The notes below the pieces were generated by a model. It ran no database searches. It worked only from the letters and a program-made list of their open reading frames with translations, and was not told the origin of the DNA. Source: Thermoanaerobaculia bacterium (lineage in GTDB: Bacteria; Acidobacteriota; Thermoanaerobaculia; UBA5066). Taken from it: a DNA stretch of 64,000 nucleotides. Each line of letters starts with the position of its first letter. Within the stretch, counting starts at the first letter, position 1. Shown piece after piece: positions 28,993-38,197 of this stretch. The position numbers were made by a program, and so were the translations under genes. The stretch is from NCBI GenBank assembly GCA_963816185.1, contig CAWFJJ010000029.1, positions 292,974-356,973 of the forward strand, in the 5' to 3' direction.

Positions 28993-29183
28993 GCAGCTGA
29001 GCAGCATCGTGGTCTCTGCATACGGGGCCGAGCCCGTTCCTAATTCTTACGCCCGAAGTAGCGCTCCTAGAGGACCGACCTCTCATAGCGGCAGATAACG
29101 CTCCCCATCGCTGGGTGAGGTTGTCTGGTGGCCGGTAGGTTTCTGTGCGAGGTCGTTCGGGCCTAGACTGTAGGCGTTTCATC

Positions 29184-29576
29184 GTGAGCGGAACGACGGG
29201 TCTACCGGAACGTTTCGAGATCGGCGAAGGCCATGCACTCTTTCGCCCGGAGCGGAACGTCTCGTTCCACGAAGCGGGCGAGGTGTTGAGCCAGGCGATC
29301 GTTTATTGCCGCGAGAACGGGATCCGGAGGCTCCTCATCGACACGACGAAGCTGACCGGGTTCGGGCCGATCGGGACCGCCGAGCGGTTCGCGATCGGCG
29401 AAACGCTTGCGCGCGCCGCGATGGCCGCCGTCAAGATCGCCATGGTGGTGAGACCGGAGCTGCTCGACCCGGCGCTGTTCGGAATCACGGTTGCGAGAAA
29501 CCGGGGTCTTTTCGCGAATGGCTTCACGTCCGAGTCCGAGGCATTGAAATGGCTCCTCGACCCGAACGCCGAGTGA
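29184..29576 (+). CDS. STAS_2/SpoIIAA-like domain protein (putative)
   Basis: Pattern RRLLIDTTKLTGFG ... KIAMVV ... FTSESEALKWLLD resembles DUF3478/STAS-like modules. The start is GTG 29184 or 29145. The 3' end overlaps the kinase gene by 28 nt. Confidence 0.4.
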   Translation: MSGTTGLPERFEIGEGHALFRPERNVSFHEAGEVLSQAIVYCRENGIRRLLIDTTKLTGFGPIGTAERFAIGETLARAAMAAVKIAMVVRPELLDPALFGITVARNRGLFANGFTSESEALKWLLDPNAE

Positions 29577-31060
29577 AGGCGCGCGCTTCTCGAAAGAGCG
29601 TAACGGCGCGTAAGCGCGCCGCGGCGGACCGGCGGCGCCTCGAGCGCGCGCAGGTGGAGAAGAGCGAGTTTCTCGATCGCCTTCTCGAGCACGCGCCGAT
29701 CCCCATTTACGCGGTCGATGCCGAGGGTCGCATTCTGATGGTGAACAAGGCCTGGGCTGAGATGACGTCGGTCGCGCAAGAGGACGCGCGGGGCCGCCTG
29801 CACCGCGATCTCTTTCCGCCGACGGTCAAGCGAGTGTCCGAAGACGTCACCTCCCGGGTCTTCGGGGGCGAATCCATCGTGAGCGAGGATGTCTTCGAGA
29901 CGCCGGACGGAAAGCGGTATTTCCTGACTGCGAGGTTTCCGCTCCGCGGAGTCTCGCGCCGCGTGGAGGCCATGGGCGGAATCGGGTTCGAGACGACCGA
30001 GCGGAGGCGCATGGCGGACGAGCTCGTCGCGTCCGAGGAACGCTACCGGTTCCTCTTCGAGCGCAATCCGCTTCCCATGTGGGTCTACGACCGCGAGACG
30101 CTCCACTTTTTGGCCGTGAACGAGGCGGCGGTGCGTCATTACGGCTACTCCCGCGAGGAGTTCCGGTCCATGACCGTGGTCGACATCCGGCCCGAAGAGG
30201 AACAGCCGCGGCTCAGGGAGGAGGTCCGAGACATCGAGGGCTACCGGTTCAGCGGGCGCTGGAAGCTCAGGAAGAAGGACGGGTCGATCGTGAACGTCGA
30301 GATCCTGTCGCATGACATCCCGTTCGCGGAGCGGCCGGCGCGCGTCGTCCTCGCGAACGACGTGACGGAGCGCCTCGCAGCCGAAGAAGGACTGCGGCGC
30401 TCGTACGACGAGCTGCGGGCCCTGTCGGCGCGGCTCGAGTCCGTGCGCGAGGAGGAGTCGACGCGCATCGCGCGCGAGGTCCACGACGAAGTCGGGCAGG
30501 CTCTGACCGCGCTCAAGATGGATGTCGCCGAGGTCGAGCGTGGCCTCGCGGCGCGGGGCGGCGCGCCCAAGGCGGTGACGGGAACCCTTGCCGCGATGGG
30601 CCGCATGCTCGACGACACGATGGACGTCGTCCACCGCATCTCCACGGAGCTGCGCCCGGGCGTCCTGGACGAGCTCGGCCTCGAGGAGGCGGTCGAGTGG
30701 CAGCTCGAGGAGTTCCGCAAGCGGACGGGGATCGTCTGTCGTTTCGAGACTGGGTTCGTCGGAGCGTCGATCGAGAGGGCCGTCTCGACGGCCGTCTTTC
30801 GCGTGCTCCAGGAGCTCCTGACGAACGTCGTGCGGCATGCGCGCGCGAGCACCGTCCACGTTCGCCTTTCCGCCGGAGACGGCCGCCTCGCCCTCGAGGT
30901 CAGGGACGACGGCTGCGGGATCCCCTCGGGCCACGTTTACGCGCCGCGGTCGTTCGGCCTGCTCGGCATCCGCGAGCGCGTGACGAACGTCGGGGGAACC
31001 GTCGCCATTCAGGGAGAGCCGGGACGGGGCACCGTCGTCAGCGTCTCGATTCCCCTATGA
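29549..31060 (+). CDS. PAS-PAS sensor histidine kinase, NarL-partner type (HisKA_3)
   Basis: Two PAS domains, H-box REVHDEVGQALTALKMD, HATPase_c (LLTNVVRHA, DDGCGI, GLLGIRER). Confidence 0.85.
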   Translation: MAPRPERRVKARASRKSVTARKRAAADRRRLERAQVEKSEFLDRLLEHAPIPIYAVDAEGRILMVNKAWAEMTSVAQEDARGRLHRDLFPPTVKRVSEDVTSRVFGGESIVSEDVFETPDGKRYFLTARFPLRGVSRRVEAMGGIGFETTERRRMADELVASEERYRFLFERNPLPMWVYDRETLHFLAVNEAAVRHYGYSREEFRSMTVVDIRPEEEQPRLREEVRDIEGYRFSGRWKLRKKDGSIVNVEILSHDIPFAERPARVVLANDVTERLAAEEGLRRSYDELRALSARLESVREEESTRIAREVHDEVGQALTALKMDVAEVERGLAARGGAPKAVTGTLAAMGRMLDDTMDVVHRISTELRPGVLDELGLEEAVEWQLEEFRKRTGIVCRFETGFVGASIERAVSTAVFRVLQELLTNVVRHARASTVHVRLSAGDGRLALEVRDDGCGIPSGHVYAPRSFGLLGIRERVTNVGGTVAIQGEPGRGTVVSVSIPL

Positions 31061-31689
31061 CGCACATCCTCCTGGCCGACGACCATGCGCTGTTCCGCCA
31101 GGGGCTCGAGCGGGTGCTGGCGGAGGGCTTCAAGGACGCGACGTTCGGCCATGCGGGAGACACCGTCGCGGCGCTCCGGCTCGTCCAGGAGGAGACCTGG
31201 GACATTGTCGTCCTCGACATTTCGTTCGCGGGCCGCAGCGGCCTCGATCTCCTGAAGGAGATCAAGCGCGTGCGTCCGAAGCTGCCGGTTCTGATCCTGA
31301 GCATGCATCCGGAGAAGCAGTTCGCCGTGCGCGCGCTCAAGGCGGGCGCGGCCGGCTACGTGACGAAAAAGGTGGTTTCCGAGGAGCTCCTGAGCGCCGT
31401 GAGGCGGGTCGTCGGCGGCGGCCGATGGGTGACGCAGGAGGTCGCTGAGCGGCTCGCGGCCGAGGTCTCTCTTCCCGCGGAGAAGCTGCCGCACGAGCTC
31501 CTCTCGGACCGGGAGTTCCACGTGTTCCGGCTCCTGGCGGGGGGAGCGACGGTGAAGGCGATCGCGGCGGAGCTCGCCATCAGCGTCCAGACCGTCAGCA
31601 CGTATCGCGCGCGCATCATGGAGAAGATGCATCTCGAAACGAACGCCGACCTCACGCAATACGCGCTCGGCTACGGCCTGATCGGCTGA
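31057..31689 (+). CDS. NarL/FixJ (LuxR-HTH) family response regulator
   Basis: REC (ILLADDHALFRQG, VVLDISFAGRSG, YVTK) plus LuxR HTH (LSDREFHVFRLLAGGATVKAIAAELAISVQTVSTYRARIMEKM). ATGA overlap with the kinase gene. Confidence 0.9.
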   Translation: MTHILLADDHALFRQGLERVLAEGFKDATFGHAGDTVAALRLVQEETWDIVVLDISFAGRSGLDLLKEIKRVRPKLPVLILSMHPEKQFAVRALKAGAAGYVTKKVVSEELLSAVRRVVGGGRWVTQEVAERLAAEVSLPAEKLPHELLSDREFHVFRLLAGGATVKAIAAELAISVQTVSTYRARIMEKMHLETNADLTQYALGYGLIG

Positions 31690-31700
31690 CGGCCGCTCGG

Positions 31701-31719
31701 CGTCGTACTCCGTACGACG
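31701..31719. promoter_or_regulatory. Perfect 8-bp inverted repeat CGTCGTAC-tcc-GTACGACG (operator or small terminator-like hairpin)
   Basis: Read directly. It lies 12 nt after the NarL-RR stop and 99 nt before the receiver gene. A near-identical element is at 50967..50985. Confidence 0.5.
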
Positions 31720-31817
31720 TCAATTCCGGTCAAAGCACGGCACGAAATCCGTTGGCCCGCTGATTCCGGCGATGGCCGGCCCTCCCTACTCTTCGCCCGG
31801 CCAAGGAGAGTGGGAGC

Positions 31818-32225
31818 ATGAAGATCTTGATTGTGGACGACTCGGAACCCGTGGGCGCGCCCCTCGTCGCGCTGCTCCGCCGGGTGGAGGGTCTCGAATT
31901 CCTGCCACAGGTGTTCAACGCGACGGATGCGTTGGGGGCTTTCCGGGAGCATCGTCCCGGAGTCGTGCTTCTCGACCTGGAGCTCAGGGGCGGCACGTCC
32001 CTCGAGCTGGTCCGGGAGATCAAGACGAAGGCGCCTGCCACGCGCGTGTTCGTCCTGACCGCTCATCTGGACGAGCGCTATCGGAAGCCGTGCCTAGACG
32101 CCGGCGCCGAGTTCTACCTGAGCAAGGCTACGGATCTTCCGCGTCTCGCCGGCATCCTGGCCGACGCGGCCTGGGAGCGCGAGGCCGGAGCCGCGAAATT
32201 GCGCGCGTTCCACGCCCCACCGTGA
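31818..32225 (+). CDS. Single-domain response regulator (CheY-like receiver), paralogue of 51044..51421
   Basis: MKILIVDDSEP ... VVLLDLEL ... VLTAH ... YLSKA. About 78% identical by eye to the second copy. GGAG SD upstream. Confidence 0.85.
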   Translation: MKILIVDDSEPVGAPLVALLRRVEGLEFLPQVFNATDALGAFREHRPGVVLLDLELRGGTSLELVREIKTKAPATRVFVLTAHLDERYRKPCLDAGAEFYLSKATDLPRLAGILADAAWEREAGAAKLRAFHAPP

Positions 32226-32357
32226 TGGACCCGGGTTTTCAGACGGGAGCCGATTTCTATTTCGAGAAGCCTGTTTCCCTCGACCGGCTGAGAAGCACTC
32301 TGGCCGACATTCGCGAGGTCGCCAGCGGACCGCTTCCGGCCGAGTAGACTGAACGAG

Positions 32358-34241
32358 ATGAAGCGAATCGCTCAGACGAGGCGGACCAACGAACCTCGTC
32401 GAGAGAGCGAACGCAAGATGCTGGCCCTTCTCGACGTTCTGCGCCGCGAGAAGGAGCGTCTGAACAGGGCGTCGATCGCCGGGCGGGTCGCGCTGTGGGA
32501 GTGGGACCTCGGAACCGGGACCGTGGAGTGGACCAGCGTCGTGGACACGATGCTCGGCTATCCGCCTGGGGGCCTTCCGCGAACCGTTCAGGGATGGGGA
32601 TCGTGCATCCACCGCGAGGACCTGCCCGCCGTGATCGACGCTCTCGACCGCCACCTGAGGCACAAGGCGCCGTACGAGGCCGTCTACCGGATCCAGCGCG
32701 CCGACGGCGGATACGTCTGGTGGCACGACGTGGGATACGCCGAGCGCGACGGCGAGGGAAAACCGTTCCGGATGGCGGGAACCTGCGTGGACATCACGGA
32801 AACGAAGCGCACGGAAGAGGCCATCCGCATTCGGGACACCGCGCTCGCATCCTCGAACAGCGCGATTCTCATGACCAATTCGGCGGGCATCGTGACCTAC
32901 ACCAACCGGGCCTTCCTGGAGCTCTGGGGCTTCGGAGGGGAGGCGGAGGTTCTGAATCGGGACGTGAAGGAGTTCTGGGATCCCGAGGAGAAGATCGCCG
33001 AGCTCATCAAGACCCTCCTGGATCAGGGCGGATGGACGGGCGAGCTCCGGGGCCGCCGAAAGGACGGCACGCGCTTCGACGTCGAGGCCGTGGGGAGCCT
33101 GGCGATCGACGACGCCGGCCGAACGATCGGCATGATGGGATCGTTCGTCGACATCACTCCTCGCAGGCGCGCGGAGTCGAAGATCCGGCGCCTGGCCGCG
33201 GCCGTGGAGCAGGTGGCCCAGTCGGTGATCATCACCGATACGAAGGGGATCATCCAGTACGTCAACGCCGCCTTCACCGCGACGACCGGCTACGCCCGGG
33301 AGGAGGTCTTCGACAGGACGCCGGCCATCCTCAAGAGCTCTCTCCACGACCCTGCCCATTACGAGCGCCTCTGGAAGACCATCCTCGCCGGGCAGACGTG
33401 GAAAGGCCGGTTCACGAACCGGAGGAAAGACGGGAGCCGGTACGAGGTCGAGGCCACGATCACGCCGGTTCGGGACAGCCTCGGAACCATCACGAGCTTC
33501 GTGGGTCTCGAGCAGGACGTGACCGAGCAGCTCGCCGTGCGCCGGAGGCTCCAGGAGCAGGAGAAGCTCGCGGCCATCGGGGGCATCGCGGCGGGCATCG
33601 CGCACGAGGTCAAGAATCCCCTCTTCGCCATCTCGAGCGGCATCCAGCTCCTTCAGGAGGAGCTCGCGCTCGACGACGAGCAGCGCAAGACCTTCGAGAT
33701 CATCTATGGGGACGTCATGCGCATGGACCGGCTCGTCCGCCAGCTCCAGCTCCTGAGCGCGCGCCCGCGCCTCAACAGAACCGTTCAGAGAGTGGCGGAT
33801 CTGATCGAGGCGGCCATCACGCTCAACCGAGGTCTCGCGGCCGAGAAATCTCTCACGATGTCGGAATGCATCGCGCCGAACCTGCCCGACCTCGTGGTGG
33901 ACCGCGACCAGCTTCTTCAGGTCCTCTTCAACCTCGTCCAGAACGCGATCTTCGTCTCGCCGCGCAGCGCCCGAATCGAGGCGGCCGCCGACGCGGGGCC
34001 GGACCGCGCGAGCGTGATCATCAAGGTCCGGGACGAGGGTCCGGGGATTCCGGGCGACCTCACGGAGAGAATCTTCGAGCCATTCTTCACCACGAAGAAA
34101 TCCAGCGCGGGCATGGGGCTCGCCATCTCCCGGCGGATCGCGCTCGACCACGGCGGGTCGCTGACGGCGGAGAATCACCCGCAGGGCGGCGCGGTGTTCG
34201 CCCTCCAGCTGCCGGTGGAGCCGGTGGAGGAGCCGGTGTGA
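32358..34241 (+). CDS. Triple-PAS sensor histidine kinase (NtrB-like partner of the sigma-54 activator)
   Basis: Three PAS/PAC units, H-box GIAHEVKNPLFAI, HATPase (NLVQNAI, DEGPGI, GMGLAIS). Confidence 0.9.
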   Translation: MKRIAQTRRTNEPRRESERKMLALLDVLRREKERLNRASIAGRVALWEWDLGTGTVEWTSVVDTMLGYPPGGLPRTVQGWGSCIHREDLPAVIDALDRHLRHKAPYEAVYRIQRADGGYVWWHDVGYAERDGEGKPFRMAGTCVDITETKRTEEAIRIRDTALASSNSAILMTNSAGIVTYTNRAFLELWGFGGEAEVLNRDVKEFWDPEEKIAELIKTLLDQGGWTGELRGRRKDGTRFDVEAVGSLAIDDAGRTIGMMGSFVDITPRRRAESKIRRLAAAVEQVAQSVIITDTKGIIQYVNAAFTATTGYAREEVFDRTPAILKSSLHDPAHYERLWKTILAGQTWKGRFTNRRKDGSRYEVEATITPVRDSLGTITSFVGLEQDVTEQLAVRRRLQEQEKLAAIGGIAAGIAHEVKNPLFAISSGIQLLQEELALDDEQRKTFEIIYGDVMRMDRLVRQLQLLSARPRLNRTVQRVADLIEAAITLNRGLAAEKSLTMSECIAPNLPDLVVDRDQLLQVLFNLVQNAIFVSPRSARIEAAADAGPDRASVIIKVRDEGPGIPGDLTERIFEPFFTTKKSSAGMGLAISRRIALDHGGSLTAENHPQGGAVFALQLPVEPVEEPV

Positions 34242-35590
34242 GCGGAAAGCTCCTGATCGTGGACGACGAGGAGTCGATCCGCGCGAACCTGAAGCGTTAC
34301 TTCAGCCGCAAGTCGATGGAGGTGCTCACCGCGTCGACGGGCGGCGAGGCGGTCGCGATCTGCGGCTCGTCCATGGTCGACGTCGTGCTCCTCGACCTCC
34401 GGCTTCCGGACCTGGACGGACTGGCGGTGCTCGGTCAGATCAAAGCGATCTCTCCGCAGACGGGCGTCATTCTCATCACAGCCCACGGAGACGTGGACAC
34501 GGCCGTCAAGGCCATGCAGATGAGGGCGGACAACTTTCTTCTGAAGCCCGTCGACCTGAAGGCCGTCGAGGTGCTCGTGTTGAAGCTCCTCGAGACGTCC
34601 CGGGCCCGGACGGAGATCCTCTACCTGAAGGCGAAGGTCTCGCGGCTGTCGGGCTTCACGGGACCTTTGAAACCGCGCTTTCCCGCCCGGTTGTCCGAGA
34701 CGATTCACGCCCTGGCGTCGAGCCCGACGACGAGCGTTCTGATCCAGGGCGAAACGGGAACGGGCAAGGGAGTCGCGGCGCGTCTGATCCACGAGCTGAG
34801 CGAGCGCGCGACGAACGCCTTCGTGGACATCAACTGCGCGACGCTGACGCCCGAGTTCCTCGAGTCGGAGCTCTTCGGCCACGAGAAGGGGGCATTCACG
34901 GACGCGAAGGAATTCAAGCGGGGCATGCTCGAGCTGGCGCACGGAGGCAGCCTCTTCCTGGACGAGATCGGAGAGCTCGCACCCTCCGTGCAGGCCAAGC
35001 TCCTCCACGTGCTTGAGGAGAAGAGATTCCGGAGGCTCGGCGCGACGGCCAGCATCCAGGTGGACGCGCGCCTGATCGCTGCCACGAACGCCGACCTGGA
35101 GCGCGGCGTGAAGGCCGGCACCTTCCGGAAGGACCTCTTCTATCGCCTGAACGTGATGCCGATCGTCCTCCCACCGCTCCGGCAGAGGCGTGAGGACATC
35201 CTGCCTCTCGCCCAGGACTTTCTCGAGGAGTTCGTCTCCGCCCATACCCGCAAGAGAATCCGGGGCCTCACAGCGGAGGCCGAGAACGCGCTTCAAGCGT
35301 ACGGCTGGCCGGGAAACATCCGGGAGCTCCGGAACGTGATGGAGCGCGCCGCGCTCTTGTGCGAGGGAGACGCCATCGGCGTCGAGCATCTCCCGGACAG
35401 CCTGACTCGAAAGCCGAAGGCCGCGGGATTCGACGGCACGGAGAACCTCTCCATGGAGTTCGTCGAGAGCGAGCACATCCGGAAAGTCCTGAAGCTCTGC
35501 GAAGGCAGCCGCTCGCAGGCGGCGAGGCTTCTCGGGATCCATCGCTCGACCCTTCTGCAGAAGATCGCCAAGTACGGGATCGACGGCTGA
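34238..35590 (+). CDS. Sigma-54-dependent response regulator (NtrC family bEBP: REC-AAA+-HTH)
   Basis: REC (LLIVDDEESIR, LLDLRLPDLDG). AAA+ Walker A GETGTGKG, ESELFGHEKGAFTDA (GAFTGA variant), R-finger region, Fis-type HTH SRSQAARLLGIHRSTLLQKI. GTGA overlap with the kinase gene. Confidence 0.92.
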   Translation: MSGKLLIVDDEESIRANLKRYFSRKSMEVLTASTGGEAVAICGSSMVDVVLLDLRLPDLDGLAVLGQIKAISPQTGVILITAHGDVDTAVKAMQMRADNFLLKPVDLKAVEVLVLKLLETSRARTEILYLKAKVSRLSGFTGPLKPRFPARLSETIHALASSPTTSVLIQGETGTGKGVAARLIHELSERATNAFVDINCATLTPEFLESELFGHEKGAFTDAKEFKRGMLELAHGGSLFLDEIGELAPSVQAKLLHVLEEKRFRRLGATASIQVDARLIAATNADLERGVKAGTFRKDLFYRLNVMPIVLPPLRQRREDILPLAQDFLEEFVSAHTRKRIRGLTAEAENALQAYGWPGNIRELRNVMERAALLCEGDAIGVEHLPDSLTRKPKAAGFDGTENLSMEFVESEHIRKVLKLCEGSRSQAARLLGIHRSTLLQKIAKYGIDG

Positions 35591-35692
35591 CGTGGCAAGT
35601 TCCCGCCGGGAGCCGTGTTAGGCTTTGCCGTCGCTCTGAACCGTCAGTCGCCGGCCGTCGTACAGATCATGCCCGCCGAAAGGAATACGAAG

Positions 35693-36052
35693 ATGTATTC
35701 GGCCTGATGTCGAATTCGGCAAACCCATCGATGACTACTCCGAAGTAAGCGGGTGGAGTTTTGGAAGTCTTCCACCCCCCTTGCCGGCGGCGCCCCTCGA
35801 ACTGCCCATCGCCACGACTGGCATTTCACAAAGGATCGGGATTCGCTGAGTGACGCGCTCATGCGGCACTGCGCGAGTGGGACCGAATTCGGCACCGTAT
35901 GGCTCGAGGTTTATAAGGACGACAACGACTACCCCAGTCTTGCCTATACGATGAGCCAGGTACAAGTAAGCGCAATACACACGAACGGCGACGGCAGTGA
36001 GTCCGTCGCCTTGGATTTCAAGACCATGCAAGGCAGCTACGCCGGCCGATGA
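35693..36052 (+). pseudogene. Hcp-like (T6SS tube/Hcp1-fold) small gene interrupted by two 1-nt frame changes
   Basis: ORF 35753..36052 (HDWHFTKDRDSLSDALMRHCASGTEFGTVWLEVYK ... ESVALDFKTMQGSY) follows the Hcp pattern (D.SFTK.iDKsSP.L..ac.sG.h...a.l..rK ... E.vsLnF..v...Y). The expected N-terminal strand EVSGWSFG is in another frame (35706-35780), and ATG 35693 with SD AAAGGAA is in a third segment. One shift maps to a C6 run at 35775-35780. Confidence 0.45.
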
Positions 36053-36136
36053 AGCGAGCACAGGCGCATGTAGTCGGTCTGTAAGAGCTAGCCACTCCCT
36101 GGTCGGGCTGACGCGCTTAGGCTCATCGCTTTCTCC

Positions 36137-36171
36137 CTGTCTGATTCTCCGGCAGGCGGAATTTCCGACAG
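36137..36171 (+). promoter_or_regulatory. Putative bEBP upstream activating sequence A (CTGTCTGATTCTCCGGCAGGCGGAATTTCCGACAG)
   Basis: 35-nt element, about 80% identical to 39011..39045. It contains TGT-N11-ACA-like dyads and lies ~115-150 bp upstream of the -24/-12 promoter. Confidence 0.55.
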
Positions 36172-36284
36172 TCCCATCCGGCCTTCGCGCTCGGTTCTTC
36201 GGCCCTCCTTCGAGCCGCTCGAAACGCCGTCAATCCGTTGAATCCACGGGCCCTGCCGCTCCGGCGGGCGTGGCGTTCTCTCAC

Positions 36285-36299
36285 TGGCACGCGGTGTGC
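36285..36299 (+). promoter_or_regulatory. Sigma-54 (-24/-12) promoter A: TGGCAC-gcggt-GTGC
   Basis: GG and GC are spaced exactly as in the consensus TGGCAC-N5-TTGC. It is upstream of the DUF4388 operon and downstream of a bEBP gene. Confidence 0.7.
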
Positions 36300-36313
36300 C
36301 CACGGGATTGGAG

Positions 36314-36910
36314 ATGACACCGCCTGATCCCGCCGCGAGGAGCGTTTTCGAAGGCTCGCTCGAATACATTCCTCTCGCCGACATCATCCAGATGCTCCAG
36401 GTCGGGGCGAAGAGCGGCGTTCTGTTCCTGCGTCGCGACGACGGGCATAGCGCGGTCGTCGCGTTCCGCGACGGAGCCGTCATCCAGGCCGTCCACCGTG
36501 AGTCCTACCAGACGCTCGGCGACCGCCTCGTCGACGGCGGAGCCATCAATCGAATCGACCTCCAGGAGGCCCTCACGTACATGACCCGGTTTCCGGGCAT
36601 GCGGGTGGGAGACGCGCTCGTCGAGCTCGGCAGCATCACGCGATCGCGGATCGAGGACGAGGTGGCGGCGCAGATGACCGAGACGATCGAGAAGCTCATC
36701 GGCTGGACCGACGCCGAGTTCGAGTTCCGGGTCGGACTCGTGTCGCCTGCGCGCGGCAACGCCATCGACCTCGTCCACGAGAAGGGGGTCTCGCCTCTTC
36801 ACCTCCTGCTCGAGGCGAGCGCCCTTCAGGACAAGCGAAACCGGGAACGCGACCTTCTCGAGCGCGCTCTCGAGACCTCGGCGGCAAGCCTGGTCCGGGG
36901 GACGAGATGA
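36314..36910 (+). CDS. DUF4388 (PATAN-like) domain protein with tandem MshEN/T2SSE_N-like helical motifs
   Basis: FEGSLEYIPLADIIQMLQVGAKSGVLFLRRDDG..AVVAFRDGAVIQA matches the DUF4388 pattern. It is followed by LGDRLVDGGAINRIDLQEAL and RVGDALVELGSITRSRIEDEVAAQ. The start is aligned with the paralogue. Confidence 0.7.
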   Translation: MTPPDPAARSVFEGSLEYIPLADIIQMLQVGAKSGVLFLRRDDGHSAVVAFRDGAVIQAVHRESYQTLGDRLVDGGAINRIDLQEALTYMTRFPGMRVGDALVELGSITRSRIEDEVAAQMTETIEKLIGWTDAEFEFRVGLVSPARGNAIDLVHEKGVSPLHLLLEASALQDKRNRERDLLERALETSAASLVRGTR

Positions 36911-38130
36911 AGCAGGCTCACCGCGCGCAGAACAGCGTTCTCGAGGGGAGGCTCGAGGACGTTCCCCTCGCCGACATCGTCCAGGTGCTCCAGGTCGGCG
37001 CCAAGAGCGGCGCCCTGGTCCTGCGGCGCGGCGACGGGCAGACGGCGGTCCTCGCCTTCCGGGGCGGATCCGTCATCCAGGCCATGAGCACCGAGGCCTA
37101 CCAGTCCCTCGGCGACCGGCTCATCGCCAGCGCGGCCATCAAGCGGCCCGATCTCCAGGAGGCCCTCGATTACATGACCCGCTTTCCCGGCATGCGGGTC
37201 GGCGACGCCCTCGTCGAGCTCGGCACGATCAGCCGCGGGAGGATCGAGGACGAGGTGGCCGCGCAGATGGCCGAGACGATCGAGAAGCTCATGACCTGGA
37301 CGGATACCGGGTTCGAGTTCCAGGTCGGATTCGTCGCTCTCCCGCGGGGCCTGCCGGCCCTCGCCCTCGACCTCCTTCACGAAAAAGGCGTCGAGCCCCG
37401 GCAGCTGCTGCTCGAGGCGAGCCTCCTCAAGGACAAGCGAAACCGGCAGCACCTCGGGGCGCGTGCGGAGGAGATTCCGGCAACTCCGCGGAAGGCTCGG
37501 GGGGAAGCCGAAAAGGCGGAGGCGACGGACGAGGAAGCCGACAAGATCCTGCGCTGGTTCAACGAGGGGGCGCCCGCCCGGCCCTCCGAGCTCGAAGATC
37601 TCTCCGGGGCGCGTACCGCCGCTTCGTACCTCTCGATCAGCGAGGAGCTGTTCGTCGCCACGGGAAAGGGCGAGATCGGGCTTCTCTTCCTCAGGTATGC
37701 GAGCGAGCTCTACTCCGACGGCGGCCTCCTCATGAGAACGAAAGAGGGCTTCCAGGTGCTGGGCCAGTTCGGAAATGCGTTCTCGTGGGGCGAGGTCCGC
37801 GAGTCGAAGACCTTCTTCCCGGCTGGCGAGAGTCCGCTCTTCGACACGATCGTCGCCGAACGGCGGCCGTATTCGGGCTTCGTCGCCATGACGGGAACGG
37901 GCGGTCTCAGCCCCGTGTCGCCACGGACGCCGGGTGCCCGCGTGGCGCTCGCGGTCCCGCTGCTCGTCCTCGGCGACGTCTCGCTGATTCTCTTCTGCCG
38001 GACGGCCGTGGCCAGCGCACCGGACGCGCGCGCGCTCATCGCGTTGGCGCGTCAGGTGTCGATCACTCTCGAGAACGCGGCGCTGCGCGAGGCCGCCAAG
38101 CGCGCGATTTCTCCTGCTGCCGTGGTCTAA
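36907..38130 (+). CDS. DUF4388 + MshEN-like motifs + C-terminal GAF-like domain protein
   Basis: The N-terminal 190 aa are ~65% identical to the preceding gene. A charged linker follows, then a C-terminal ~170 aa with a GAF-like pattern (GLLFLRYASELY ... ALAVPLLVLGDVSLILF). ATGA overlap. Confidence 0.7.
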   Translation: MKQAHRAQNSVLEGRLEDVPLADIVQVLQVGAKSGALVLRRGDGQTAVLAFRGGSVIQAMSTEAYQSLGDRLIASAAIKRPDLQEALDYMTRFPGMRVGDALVELGTISRGRIEDEVAAQMAETIEKLMTWTDTGFEFQVGFVALPRGLPALALDLLHEKGVEPRQLLLEASLLKDKRNRQHLGARAEEIPATPRKARGEAEKAEATDEEADKILRWFNEGAPARPSELEDLSGARTAASYLSISEELFVATGKGEIGLLFLRYASELYSDGGLLMRTKEGFQVLGQFGNAFSWGEVRESKTFFPAGESPLFDTIVAERRPYSGFVAMTGTGGLSPVSPRTPGARVALAVPLLVLGDVSLILFCRTAVASAPDARALIALARQVSITLENAALREAAKRAISPAAVV

Positions 38131-38197
38131 GATGATCGCGTGACCGCGCCATGCCCACGACCCGCCGCCGCGAGCGCCGTTCTCGAGGGATGCCCCC

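Noticed and set aside
24982-29150. Integrated genomic island or prophage at tRNA-Arg.
   Set aside because: The tRNA-adjacent position, the repeated 10-mer of the tRNA 3' end, a tail-fibre-like gene and a lower-GC patch are suggestive. However, no integrase, recombinase, capsid, terminase or lysis gene is present, and the repeat is only 10 nt. The evidence is insufficient to call a mobile element.
31748-31770. Sigma-54 promoter-like GGCACG...TTGGC upstream of the first receiver gene.
   Set aside because: The GG-to-GC distance is 16 nt instead of 12, so it does not fit -24/-12 geometry.
35693-36052. A type VI secretion locus.
   Set aside because: Only a single broken Hcp-like gene is present. 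No TssB/C, VgrG, baseplate or ClpV genes are in the window.
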